Positions 11,140 to 20,683 of a stretch of DNA of 64,000 nucleotides are shown here, in pieces (position 1 is the first letter of the stretch; the number at the start of each line of letters is the position of its first letter). The notes beneath the pieces were generated by a model, which saw nothing but the letters and a program-made list of their open reading frames with translations, had not been told where the DNA came from and did not search any database. A program made the position numbers and the translations under genes. Where the stretch lies: positions 1,421 through 65,420 of the forward strand of contig CAJTRU010000001.1 in the NCBI GenBank assembly GCA_910579085.1, read 5' to 3'. This DNA is from an uncultured Lachnospiraceae bacterium. GTDB lineage: Bacteria > Bacillota > Clostridia > Lachnospirales > Lachnospiraceae.

Positions 11140-12522
11140 ATGTACCAGATTAATTTAAACAATCCATGCAAGGTATACTTTACTGGCATAGGCGGTATAA
11201 GTATGAGCGGCTTTGCAGAACTTCTCCACAAAAATGGCTTTGATGTATATGGCTCTGATATTAAAGAAAGCAAAATAACAAAACATCTCAGCTCATCAGG
11301 TATCCATATAGTATATGGACAAAGCGCTTCAAATATTACTAATGATATTGGGTTTCTAGTCTATACAGCAGCAGTACATCCAGACAATCCTGAACTTAAA
11401 GCAGCTAAAGAACTTGGAATACCAATAATGGAACGTGCGGAGATGGTTGGGCAGGTTATGAAAAACTATGACAACGCAGTGGCAGTGGCAGGAACGCATG
11501 GCAAAACTACTACCACATCAATGTTGTCACATATTTATCTTGCTGCACATAGAAATCCTACCATATCTGTAGGCGGAATTTTAGCTGTAATTAATGGAAA
11601 TATCCGGATTGGTGGCAAGGAAGACTTTATTATAGAGGCATGTGAATATACAAACAGCTTTTTAAAATTCCACCCGACAGCAGGAATTATATTGAATATA
11701 GGTGCTGACCACCTTGACTTTTTTAAAGATATTGATGATATACGCCTGTCATTCCGCAAGTTTGCAGAACTAATCCCTGCTGGCGGGATACTCGCTATTA
11801 ACAGTGCAACCAGTAATATTTCATATATTACAGATAACCTCAAATGCAAAGTGGAAGTTTTTGGGGCAGACAGTCCTGATGGTTACTCTGCTTCTGGTAT
11901 ATCATATGACGTAAACGGATGTAGCAGTTTTGAAATTGCCAAATCTGGCATAAAAACGGGCAGGCATATTAAACTTAATGTTACTGGCCGCCACAATATT
12001 GACAATGCCCTGGCTGCCATCGCTATTGCTGACTACTATAATATACCAGAAGAAGCTATATCAGAAGGTCTTCTGGCATTTACTGGCACTGAAAGGCGCT
12101 TTGAAGTTAAAGGCTCGTTTAATGGGGTGACAATTATTGATGACTATGCACACCACCCTGAAGAAATACAGGCAACACTGGACGCTGCTGCAAGATACCC
12201 GCATAAGCATCTATGGTGTGTTTTCCAGCCCCATACATACTCAAGGACCCGCAGCCTGCTGCCAGATTTTGCCCATGCCCTTTCACTTGCGGAAAATGTC
12301 GTACTTGCCGATATATACGCTGCAAGGGAAGACGACCCAGGGGACATTTCATCAAAGACACTACAGCAGGAAATGGAAAAACATGGTAAGAAAGCACACT
12401 ATTTCCATTCATTTAAAGAAATAGAGGATTTCTTATATAAACACTGTACTAACGGCGACCTGTTGATAACTATGGGAGCGGGAGACGTTGTAAATATTGG
12501 GGAAGACCTGCTTAAAAGATAG
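11140..12522 (+). CDS. murC: UDP-N-acetylmuramate--L-alanine ligase
   Basis: The 460-aa product carries FTGIGGISMSGFAELL near the N-terminus and the GTHGKTTTTSM P-loop of Mur ligases. Confidence 0.93.
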   Translation: MYQINLNNPCKVYFTGIGGISMSGFAELLHKNGFDVYGSDIKESKITKHLSSSGIHIVYGQSASNITNDIGFLVYTAAVHPDNPELKAAKELGIPIMERAEMVGQVMKNYDNAVAVAGTHGKTTTTSMLSHIYLAAHRNPTISVGGILAVINGNIRIGGKEDFIIEACEYTNSFLKFHPTAGIILNIGADHLDFFKDIDDIRLSFRKFAELIPAGGILAINSATSNISYITDNLKCKVEVFGADSPDGYSASGISYDVNGCSSFEIAKSGIKTGRHIKLNVTGRHNIDNALAAIAIADYYNIPEEAISEGLLAFTGTERRFEVKGSFNGVTIIDDYAHHPEEIQATLDAAARYPHKHLWCVFQPHTYSRTRSLLPDFAHALSLAENVVLADIYAAREDDPGDISSKTLQQEMEKHGKKAHYFHSFKEIEDFLYKHCTNGDLLITMGAGDVVNIGEDLLKR

Positions 12523-12565
12523 TTATCCACATTATCCACAATCCATTTGTTGATAATTATCCACA
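12523..12565 (+). promoter_or_regulatory. cluster of three perfect consensus DnaA boxes (TTATCCACA)
   Basis: TTATCCACA occurs at 12523-12531, 12532-12540 and 12557-12565, all in the same orientation. The cluster starts directly after the murC stop and lies about 150 nt upstream of the dnaB/dnaD-like gene. Confidence 0.8.
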
Positions 12566-12710
12566 ATGGCATTTATATGTTTCCTGATAATATTGGGCAG
12601 GTTAACCTATACCTCCCTGCCAGCCTTGCCCTGTACCTTGTCCATAAACATTAAACACATCTGGACGGGGCAGGCAAGGTTAAACACTTAAGGAGGCACT
12701 TAACAGCAAT

Positions 12711-13964
12711 ATGGACACTATATTACAATGCTCGGGCTATCTGCCTGCAACAACATATATACACAATACATTTATTGAAAATTATATGCTTACTGCCAAC
12801 GGAAGTTATGTAAAGGTTTATATATACCTTTCAAAATGCATCCAGACAGGTGAAAATAATTTGTCTATTTCCTCACTTGCTGATAAAATGGACAATACAG
12901 AAAAAGATATTTTAAGGGCACTTAACTACTGGGAGAAAAACAACCTTTTACATTTAATTAAAAATGAAAACAATAATGAAATAACAGGAATTGAAATACT
13001 AAATCCTGGAAATATGGACAAAATGCCAGATACCGGGACACCAGCAAGACATTCAAGAAAAACAGTGAAACATGAAAAAGAAGAATCCAATACAAAACCA
13101 GAAGCTGCCAAAGACATCACTTTAGAAAAAAACAGTACTACAGAACCTGGCATAAAAGACTCTGATGATACTGGTATGCTTGAAAAAAACAGTACTGGTA
13201 TGCGGGACACAACAACAGGAAATGCTAATACAGCAGATAATCCTGCACCAGGCTTCCAGGAAAAACATATAGATATAAAAATCACTGCTGACCAGACTAA
13301 AAGGCTTGCAGGTGATGAAGAATTTATATGGACAAGCCGTGTAATAGAAAGTTATGTAAACCGTCCACTCAGCCCTGGTGAAATACAGCTTGTTTCTTAT
13401 TTGTATGACAATCTTGGCTTTTCACCTGATTTACTGCTATATCTGTATGAATACTGCATTTCACTTGGCAAGACAAATGTAAATTACATACAGGCTGTTG
13501 CCCTTTCATGGGATGAACAGAATATAAAAAGCCCTGAAGATGCCAAAAATGCATCTTCCAGTTATAAATCCACATACACAGCCATCTCCAAGGCATTTGC
13601 CCTTGGACGACCGCTTGCAATTGTTGAAAAGCAATATGCCAGCCGCTGGCTTGATGAATGGCATATGGACCTTGCTGTTGTGCTTGATGCATGCAGCCGC
13701 ACTATGCTAAAATTACAAAAAGCCGATTTTAAATATACAGAAGGAATTCTTGACAACTGGCATAAAAATAATATACATACATTACAGGATGTCGGAAAAG
13801 CTGATGAAATCTATGCCCAGAAAAAAGCCGGGACACAGAATAAAAAACAACATGACAGCACACAAGAAAACCGCCAGGATAAAAACCAGTTTAATAAATT
13901 CCAACAGCGGGAAACTTCACAGGCAGAAGTTGACGAACTTGAGAAAAAACTTTTAGCCCATTAA
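12711..13964 (+). CDS. replication initiation/membrane attachment protein (DnaB/DnaD family with two DnaD-like C-terminal domains)
   Basis: The 417-aa ORF has a DnaD-like N-terminus, a low-complexity linker, and two segments resembling the DnaB_2/DDBH2 domain (e.g. EIQLVSYLYDNLGFSPDLLLYLYEYC and YTEGILDNWHKNNIHTLQDV). It sits immediately upstream of the dnaI-like gene. Confidence 0.75.
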   Translation: MDTILQCSGYLPATTYIHNTFIENYMLTANGSYVKVYIYLSKCIQTGENNLSISSLADKMDNTEKDILRALNYWEKNNLLHLIKNENNNEITGIEILNPGNMDKMPDTGTPARHSRKTVKHEKEESNTKPEAAKDITLEKNSTTEPGIKDSDDTGMLEKNSTGMRDTTTGNANTADNPAPGFQEKHIDIKITADQTKRLAGDEEFIWTSRVIESYVNRPLSPGEIQLVSYLYDNLGFSPDLLLYLYEYCISLGKTNVNYIQAVALSWDEQNIKSPEDAKNASSSYKSTYTAISKAFALGRPLAIVEKQYASRWLDEWHMDLAVVLDACSRTMLKLQKADFKYTEGILDNWHKNNIHTLQDVGKADEIYAQKKAGTQNKKQHDSTQENRQDKNQFNKFQQRETSQAEVDELEKKLLAH

Positions 13965-13989
13965 CTTAATACTTTCCAGGAGGCTACAT

Positions 13990-14985
13990 ATGGGAATTTC
14001 CAATGCACAATACATGGATATTATGTACCAGTACGACCAGATACGTCTTAAAAACCACCATTTATCAGAAAAAAGATATACAGAAGTTTGTGATAAAATT
14101 CCTGAAATACAGCAAATCCAGGAAGAACTTGTAAAGCTTTCAGCAGATTATGCACGTTTACAGCTTCTTAGCACAGATGGCAGCACACAGCCGCCTGGAG
14201 ATTATTTTACCAGGAAGAAAGAACTCCAGGAAAAAAAATCACAACTTTTAACCGGAAATGGTTATCCAGCAGATTACCTGGCTCCCATATATAACTGTAA
14301 ATCCTGCAAGGACACAGGATATATAGGAAGCACGCCTTGTAACTGCCTTAAGCAGCGCAAAATAGCCCTGCTTTATGAAAATTCCAATCTTATGGAAATT
14401 CTTGAATCTGAGAATTTTAACACATTTTCAGAAGCTTACTATGATGATACCGAAGTTAATGCAAACCTTTCACTTACACCAAGACAGAATATTATTAAAA
14501 TAAAAGAAATATGCCTTGATTATACCAGGCATTTTGATGAAACTTATAACAACATTATTTTTTATGGCCCTACAGGTGTAGGCAAAACTTTTATGACGCA
14601 TTGCATAGCCAAGGCACTGCTTGACACATCACACACTGTTATTTACCTGACAGCACTCCAGTTATTTGATATATTAGAGAAAAACAAATTTGGCAAAGAT
14701 AATATACCAGAATACAGCGGGCAGGTTTCATATATACTAGAAAGTGAACTTCTTATTATAGATGACCTTGGCACAGAACTTGCTAACAGCTTTACCTCTT
14801 CACAGCTCTACTATCTTATAGAAGAAAGGCATTTAAACAGGAAATCTGTTATTATTTCAACAAACCTTTCTTTCAAGGAACTACGTGACAGGTACAGCGA
14901 GCGTATTTTTTCACGCTTTACAGGATACTATAACTTCTATATGATAGCAGGGGATGATATACGTATTAAAATAGCAATTTCCTGA
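13990..14985 (+). CDS. dnaI: primosomal helicase loader DnaI/DnaC-like AAA+ ATPase
   Basis: The 331-aa ORF has a GGAGG RBS. Features are a Cys cluster (CKSCKDTGY..PCNC), Walker A GPTGVGKT and Walker B LLIIDDLG. Confidence 0.85.
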   Translation: MGISNAQYMDIMYQYDQIRLKNHHLSEKRYTEVCDKIPEIQQIQEELVKLSADYARLQLLSTDGSTQPPGDYFTRKKELQEKKSQLLTGNGYPADYLAPIYNCKSCKDTGYIGSTPCNCLKQRKIALLYENSNLMEILESENFNTFSEAYYDDTEVNANLSLTPRQNIIKIKEICLDYTRHFDETYNNIIFYGPTGVGKTFMTHCIAKALLDTSHTVIYLTALQLFDILEKNKFGKDNIPEYSGQVSYILESELLIIDDLGTELANSFTSSQLYYLIEERHLNRKSVIISTNLSFKELRDRYSERIFSRFTGYYNFYMIAGDDIRIKIAIS

Positions 14986-15044
14986 TACAATTTTATTATT
15001 GCAGCATTTTTATTGTTAATAATACATTATGGAGGACATTTTAT

Positions 15045-16217
15045 ATGAAACGACATGACAAACTTGCAGAAACAATACCATATGGCTCTCTTGGAATTCT
15101 TACACTTGAAAGCAGCCGCAGCATGGGTGAAAAGGTCAATGACTATATTATCGGCTGGAGGGCTAAAAGAGCTAAACGCCACGCTGCTGCATCCAGCTTT
15201 GCTGGATACAATAAAGAGTCATTTATGATTGACTGTGCATGCCCGCGCTTTGGTTCAGGCGAAGCTAAGGGAATTATACGCGAATCCGTCAGAGGGGACG
15301 ACCTTTACATCCTTGTTGATGTATGTAATTACAGCCTTACATACACTGTATGCGGCCATACAAACCATATGTCACCTGATGACCACTACCAGGACCTTAA
15401 ACGTATTATAGCCGCTGTAGGTGGCAAAGCAAGAAGAATTACTGTAATTATGCCATTTCTGTATGAAAGCCGCCAGCACCGCAGAAGTGCAAGGGAATCA
15501 TTAGACTGTGCACTTGCACTGCAGGAGCTTACCCAGATGGGCGTAGAAAGTATTATTACATTTGACGCACATGACCCAAGGGTACAGAATGCAATACCCC
15601 TGAAAAGTTTTGAAACAGTACAGCCAACATACCAGTTTATAAAAGCATTGCTGAAAAATGTACCTGATTTAAAGGTTGATACAGAACACCTTATGGTTAT
15701 AAGCCCGGATGAAGGTGCAATGAGCCGTGCAGTATACTATGCAAACGTACTTGGAATTGATATAGGGATGTTCTATAAACGCCGTGACTACAGTAAAATA
15801 GTTGATGGGCGCAACCCAATTATTGCACATGAATTTCTTGGTTCAGACCTTGAAGGCAAAGATGTAATAATAATTGATGATATGATTTCATCTGGTGAAA
15901 GCATGATAGATGTTGCAACAGAACTAAAACACCGCAAGGCAAACCGCATATTTGTTGCTGCAACATTCGGACTGTTTACAAATGGCATGGAAAAGTTTGA
16001 TGAAGCGTATGAAAAAGGCTTAATTGATAATATCCTTACTACAAACCTTGTTTACCAGCCTGAAGAAGTCCTTTCACGCAGTTATTATATTAATGTGGAT
16101 ATGAGTAAATATGTTGCACTTCTTATTGACACTTTAAACCATGACCAGTCAATAAGTGAACTTTTAAATCCTGCGGAACGTATACATGATGTATTAAAAA
16201 AATACGGCAAAATATAA
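15045..16217 (+). CDS. prs: ribose-phosphate pyrophosphokinase (long form)
   Basis: The 390-aa ORF has a GGAGGA RBS. It carries a PRPP-binding loop (VIIIDDMISSGESM) and Prs-like N-terminal domains. Confidence 0.85.
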   Translation: MKRHDKLAETIPYGSLGILTLESSRSMGEKVNDYIIGWRAKRAKRHAAASSFAGYNKESFMIDCACPRFGSGEAKGIIRESVRGDDLYILVDVCNYSLTYTVCGHTNHMSPDDHYQDLKRIIAAVGGKARRITVIMPFLYESRQHRRSARESLDCALALQELTQMGVESIITFDAHDPRVQNAIPLKSFETVQPTYQFIKALLKNVPDLKVDTEHLMVISPDEGAMSRAVYYANVLGIDIGMFYKRRDYSKIVDGRNPIIAHEFLGSDLEGKDVIIIDDMISSGESMIDVATELKHRKANRIFVAATFGLFTNGMEKFDEAYEKGLIDNILTTNLVYQPEEVLSRSYYINVDMSKYVALLIDTLNHDQSISELLNPAERIHDVLKKYGKI

Positions 16218-16551
16218 TTTATTCTTTATTTAGACAGAGTTTTTCAAATTAATAAATCGTTCATATTTAGGACAAAATCCGAACACAATTATAGTTTATA
16301 ATGTATTTATACTTACAGATAAGGTAATACTAATAAATGCCAGTAACAACCTGGCAGATTTGAAAAGCTTATTGACTAATGTTTGAAATAGATTCTTTTT
16401 CATTTTTTTCATTTGGCCCTGCAGTAGCTCCCTCTGCTGTAGGGCAACTCCTTTCTTTTTGGTTTCCTCATTTATTTTAATAAAATAAATGCGGCAGCCA
16501 ATTTTTTTGTCTTAAAACCAGCCCCATTGCCACTTTACAGCATTTTGGCAG

Positions 16552-16619
16552 AAGCTTTTACATTTCCAGTTATCTTTTGCTGGTGTAATTTGGAGGACGG
16601 ACGGTTTACAGCAAAAGAT
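16552..16619. repeat. minimal hairpin member of the foldback repeat family
   Basis: Arm ATTTCCAGTTATCTTTTGCTG (16552-16572) pairs with CAGCAAAAGATAACCAGAAAT (16599-16619) at 19 of 21 positions. The loop contains GGAGGACGGACGGTTT, shared with other copies. It lies about 40 nt downstream of the ileS stop. Confidence 0.7.
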
Positions 16620-16657
16620 AACCAGAAATTATCCTGTATACAATTTATTGTATTTGT

Positions 16658-19600
16658 CTATAATTTTTCAACACCAAGTGTTACTTTTTCACCATTTATA
16701 TTCCACTCTTTAGTAAATCCTTCTGCTGCCCCATATACAGTTTCATTAGCAAGGACTTCTGATTTAATTGTATCTTCATTATTCTTTATAACTTCTGTAA
16801 TTTTATCATTATCTTTTACACTTACACGTATATGGTCCATAACCTCAAAGCCCGCATCCTTGCGCATTGTCTGTATTTTGCTTATAACTTCACGTACAAA
16901 ACCTTCCTCAATTAACTCTGGTGTAAGGTTTGTATCAAGCACTACAGTAATTCCACGGTCTGTAGCAGAAATATACCCTTCAATCTGTGCTGCCTCTATT
17001 AAAAGGTCATCCTTTGAAAGTGCTTCTTCACTGCCATTAACAGTAATTACAAGCTGTCCTGTACTATTTATCTCTTCCATTGCTTTCTGCCCGTCAATGC
17101 CTGCAAGTACCTCTTTTACTGTATTAATATCCTTGCCAAACCTGCGGCCAAGAGTCTTAAGCTGTGGCTTAAAACTATATGTTGTAAGAGTGCTGACATC
17201 GTCTTTAAGGATTGCTTCTTTAACATTAAGCTCATCTTTTATTATATCCAGATAAAATTCTGAAAGGTTTGCACCAGCTTTTATAAACATTTTGCTTATT
17301 GGCTGGCGGTTTTTGATATTGGCAGTATTCCTGCATGAACGCCCTATAACAACCGCTTCAAGCACTGTTTCCATATCTTCTTCAAGCTTCTTGTCTATAA
17401 TTTCTTCACAAACTGCTGGGAAATCACAGAGATGTACACTTTCAGGTGCAGTTTTGTCTGTACTGCACACAAGGTTGCGGTAAATCTCTTCTGTCATAAA
17501 AGGAACCATAGGTGCTGCTGCTTTGGAAATTGTTACAAGTGCTGTATAAAGTGTCATATATGCATTAATTTTATCCTGCTCCATTCCCTTTGCCCAGAAA
17601 CGCTCACGGCAGCGCCTTACATACCAGTTGCTCATTTCATCTGTAAATTTCTGCAAAGCCTTAGCTGTTTCTGGTATACGGTAGGCATCCAGGTTTTCAT
17701 CAGCTTCCTTTACTGTACTGTTAAGACGCGAAAGCAGCCATTTATCAATAATTGCAAGTTTGTCGTACTCAAGCTTGTATTTTGTAGCATCAAACCCGTC
17801 TATATTTGCATAAAGCACAAAAAACGCATATGTGTTCCAGAGAGTGCCCATAAATTTACGCTGCCCTTCCTGGACTGCTTTGCCATGAAAACGGTTAGGC
17901 AGCCAAGGTGCACTGTTTACATAGAAATACCAGCGGATTGCATCTGCACCATAAGTTTCAAGAGCCTCAAACGGGTCAATTGCATTTCCTTTTGACTTGC
18001 TCATCTTCTGCCCGTTCTCATCCTGTACATGCCCAAGTACAATAACATTTTCGTAAGGTGCTTTATTAAACAGAAGCGTTGACTCTGCCATAAGTGAGTA
18101 GAACCATCCCCTTGTCTGGTCTACGGCCTCAGAAATAAACTGTGCTGGGAACTGCTGCTCAAATAAATCCTTATTTTCAAATGGGTAATGATGCTGTGCA
18201 AATGGCATTGCCCCCGAATCAAACCAGCAGTCAATAACTTCTGGTACACGTTTCATTACACCGCCACATTCTGGGCACTTAAATACTACTTCATCAATAT
18301 AAGGCCTGTGCAGTTCCCTTTTTGCATCATCAGGACAGCCGCTTCTCTCTGCAAGTTCAGCCCTGCTTCCTACAGCATCCTGTAAACCACAGCCTTCACA
18401 CTCCCATATATTAAGCGGTGTGCCCCAGTAACGGTTACGTGAAATACCCCAGTCCTGTATATTTTCAAGCCAGTTGCCAAAACGCCCTGTACCAATGGAC
18501 TCAGGAATCCAGTTTACTGTATTATTATTCCTTACAAGGTCCTCCTTAACTTCTGTCATCTTTATAAACCATGATTCACGTGCATAGTAGATAAGTGGTG
18601 TATCACATCTCCAGCAGTGAGGGTAATCATGTTCAAACTTAGGAGCTGCAAAAAGCTGCCCGCGCTTGTCAAGGTCTTTAAGCACCTCTGGGTCTGCCTT
18701 CTTGACAAAAAGCCCTGCAAATGGTGTTTCCTGTGTCATTTCACCTTTTTCATCTACAAACTGTACAAATGGAAGGTTGTATTTGCGCCCTACATTGGCA
18801 TCATCTTCACCAAATGCTGGTGCAATATGGACTATTCCTGTACCATCTGTCATTGTAACATAAGAATCGCATGTTACAAAAAATCCTTCTTTATGCTGCT
18901 TATCTGCTAATTCTTTAGCACATCCATATAATGGCTCATACTTTTTATATTCAAGGTCTTTTCCTGTATAAGTTTCAAGTATTTCATATGCCTTTATGCC
19001 ATCTTCTCCAGTAAGGCGTGAAAGTACAGTATCAAGAAGTTCCTGTGCCATATAATATGTGTAACCATCTGCTGCCTTTACCTTACAATAAGTTTCATCA
19101 GGGTTTACACAAAGACCTACATTAGATGGAAGAGTCCACGGTGTAGTAGTCCAAGCAAGGAAATATGCATCTTCTTCTACAACCTTAAAACGTACTATTG
19201 CAGAACGCTCTTTAACCAGCTTATACCCTTGTGCTACTTCCTGTGATGAAAGCGGTGTCCCACAGCGTGGGCAGTAAGGCACAATTTTAAATCCTTTATA
19301 TAAAAGCTTTTTATTCCAGATTTCTTTTAATGCCCACCACTCAGACTCAATAAAGTTATCATCATATGTTACATATGGATTATCCATATCCGCCCAGAAA
19401 CCAACTGTTCCCGAAAAGTCCTCCCACATGCCTTTATATTTCCAGACAGACTCCCTGCACTTTTTAATAAAAGGCTCCATTCCATACTCTTCTATCTGCT
19501 CTTTGCCATTAAGCCCTAAAAGCTTTTCAACTTCAAGCTCCACAGGAAGCCCGTGTGTATCCCATCCTGCTTTACGCGGCACTAAATAGCCTTTCATAGT

Positions 19601-19816
19601 CTTATAACGTGGTATCATATCTTTTATAACACGTGTAAGCACATGGCCTATATGCGGCTTTCCATTGGCAGTAGGCGGCCCGTCATAAAATGTATAGACA
19701 GGACATCCCTCCCTTGCTTTCATTGACTTTTCAAAAATCTGCTGGTTACGCCAGAATTTTCCAATATTTTTCTCGCGTGCTACAAAGTTTAAATCAGTTG
19801 AAACTTTTTCGTACAT
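16658..19816 (-). CDS. ileS: isoleucine--tRNA ligase
   Basis: The product starts MYEKVSTDLNFVAREKNIGKFW and carries HIGH-type (PTANGKPHIGH) and KMSKS motifs. The start was reassigned to the ATG at 19816, which has an AAGGAAG RBS. Confidence 0.95.
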   Translation of the reverse strand: MYEKVSTDLNFVAREKNIGKFWRNQQIFEKSMKAREGCPVYTFYDGPPTANGKPHIGHVLTRVIKDMIPRYKTMKGYLVPRKAGWDTHGLPVELEVEKLLGLNGKEQIEEYGMEPFIKKCRESVWKYKGMWEDFSGTVGFWADMDNPYVTYDDNFIESEWWALKEIWNKKLLYKGFKIVPYCPRCGTPLSSQEVAQGYKLVKERSAIVRFKVVEEDAYFLAWTTTPWTLPSNVGLCVNPDETYCKVKAADGYTYYMAQELLDTVLSRLTGEDGIKAYEILETYTGKDLEYKKYEPLYGCAKELADKQHKEGFFVTCDSYVTMTDGTGIVHIAPAFGEDDANVGRKYNLPFVQFVDEKGEMTQETPFAGLFVKKADPEVLKDLDKRGQLFAAPKFEHDYPHCWRCDTPLIYYARESWFIKMTEVKEDLVRNNNTVNWIPESIGTGRFGNWLENIQDWGISRNRYWGTPLNIWECEGCGLQDAVGSRAELAERSGCPDDAKRELHRPYIDEVVFKCPECGGVMKRVPEVIDCWFDSGAMPFAQHHYPFENKDLFEQQFPAQFISEAVDQTRGWFYSLMAESTLLFNKAPYENVIVLGHVQDENGQKMSKSKGNAIDPFEALETYGADAIRWYFYVNSAPWLPNRFHGKAVQEGQRKFMGTLWNTYAFFVLYANIDGFDATKYKLEYDKLAIIDKWLLSRLNSTVKEADENLDAYRIPETAKALQKFTDEMSNWYVRRCRERFWAKGMEQDKINAYMTLYTALVTISKAAAPMVPFMTEEIYRNLVCSTDKTAPESVHLCDFPAVCEEIIDKKLEEDMETVLEAVVIGRSCRNTANIKNRQPISKMFIKAGANLSEFYLDIIKDELNVKEAILKDDVSTLTTYSFKPQLKTLGRRFGKDINTVKEVLAGIDGQKAMEEINSTGQLVITVNGSEEALSKDDLLIEAAQIEGYISATDRGITVVLDTNLTPELIEEGFVREVISKIQTMRKDAGFEVMDHIRVSVKDNDKITEVIKNNEDTIKSEVLANETVYGAAEGFTKEWNINGEKVTLGVEKL

Positions 19817-19882
19817 AAATACAACTTCCTTTCTAAATAATATAATAATTAGATATAGAATAGGACGAAGTTTCCTATAAAA

Positions 19883-20215
19883 TAAAAAAGCCTCCACCCT
19901 GCATAAACAGGATGAAAGCCGGAACATTCATAACCACCTATTCTGCTGTACGTGGACATTATAATAATATCCAGATACATGACCTGTATAACGGCAGGAA
20001 CCGGCGGAGTGTACTAGCAGCAGCAAATACCATCTATGGCATACCTGCATATGCTTTCCACAAGCAACTCAGGAGTGATATCCTTTCTTTGTTCTAAAGC
20101 AAAAATGCTTATGCACCTGGTTCACACTATCCCAGGCTCACTGTGGCTTCCCAGAAGAAAGGCCGCCTGCATAAAATATGCAGTTACGTCTCCATCACAG
20201 TCTTTAAATATTTAT
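19883..20215 (-). promoter_or_regulatory. probable T-box leader (Ile) with terminator/antiterminator
   Basis: These elements are read on the minus strand. A Stem-I distal motif CCUGGGAUAGUGUGAACCAGG is present, and a candidate specifier AUC followed by A sits in GGAUAUCACU. The T-box-like AAUAGGUGGUUAUGAAUG contains a UGGU bulge. A 12-bp terminator stem plus a U-run follows (19883-19921). The 3' half of the T-box sequence deviates from consensus. Confidence 0.65.
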
Positions 20216-20299
20216 ATAGACATATTCTAGTATGGTTTAAATGCTTTGTCAAGGTAAATTTCATAATTTAGTACTGGTTAAATATTATAATTATAAATT

Positions 20300-20402
20300 A
20301 TGGAGTGGGGGCAGGTGATTTAGACGCACGAAAGTAACTGGATATCCTTTTACATACCCCGTTATTGTTCCACTGTATAATAAGTGACTAGCAGAATAAC
20401 CT
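20300..20402 (+). repeat. repeat module B, copy 2
   Basis: The block GGTGATTTAGACGCACGAAAG...CACTGTATAATAAGTGACTAGCAGAATAACC has the identical 21-mer at 20379-20399. Confidence 0.7.
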
Positions 20403-20413
20403 TCTCCTCATAA

Positions 20414-20674
20414 TTTATAGTTACCTGATTATATGTGTTGTAAATTTGTGATGACAAGTTTCATGTGCCAGATGCCAGCAATATTTTGTACAGGGGTACT
20501 TTAAGCACGTATGTTCCAGAGGGAACATAGTTCCATCCGGGATATACGTGCTTTATGTGCCGCTGCGTGGCTTATCGTAGCGTTTTGCAGGGGCGTACCC
20601 TTGTATGGAATATTCTGGCTCTGGCACAGAAACCGTCCATCCACCAATCCACAAAAACACCAGATAACTATAAA
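20414..20674. repeat. foldback element, medium form
   Basis: The 10-bp termini are TTTATAGTTA (20414-20423) and TAACTATAAA (20665-20674). The core stem 20458-20485 pairs with 20608-20633. Two side-by-side hairpins occupy the apex. The element ends 10 nt from the GH13 stop codon. Confidence 0.8.
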
Positions 20675-20683
20675 ATACCCATA

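Noticed and set aside
12523-12565. Possibility that the DnaA-box trio marks oriC
   Set aside because: No dnaA, dnaN or rpmH genes are present, I saw no adjacent AT-rich 13-mer-like unwinding region, and only three boxes occur. A regulatory or titration site is more likely. This needs GC-skew confirmation.
16527-17255. 242-aa plus-strand ORF
   Set aside because: It is entirely antisense to ileS and produces a Ser/Ile-rich nonsense-like sequence. It is a shadow ORF.
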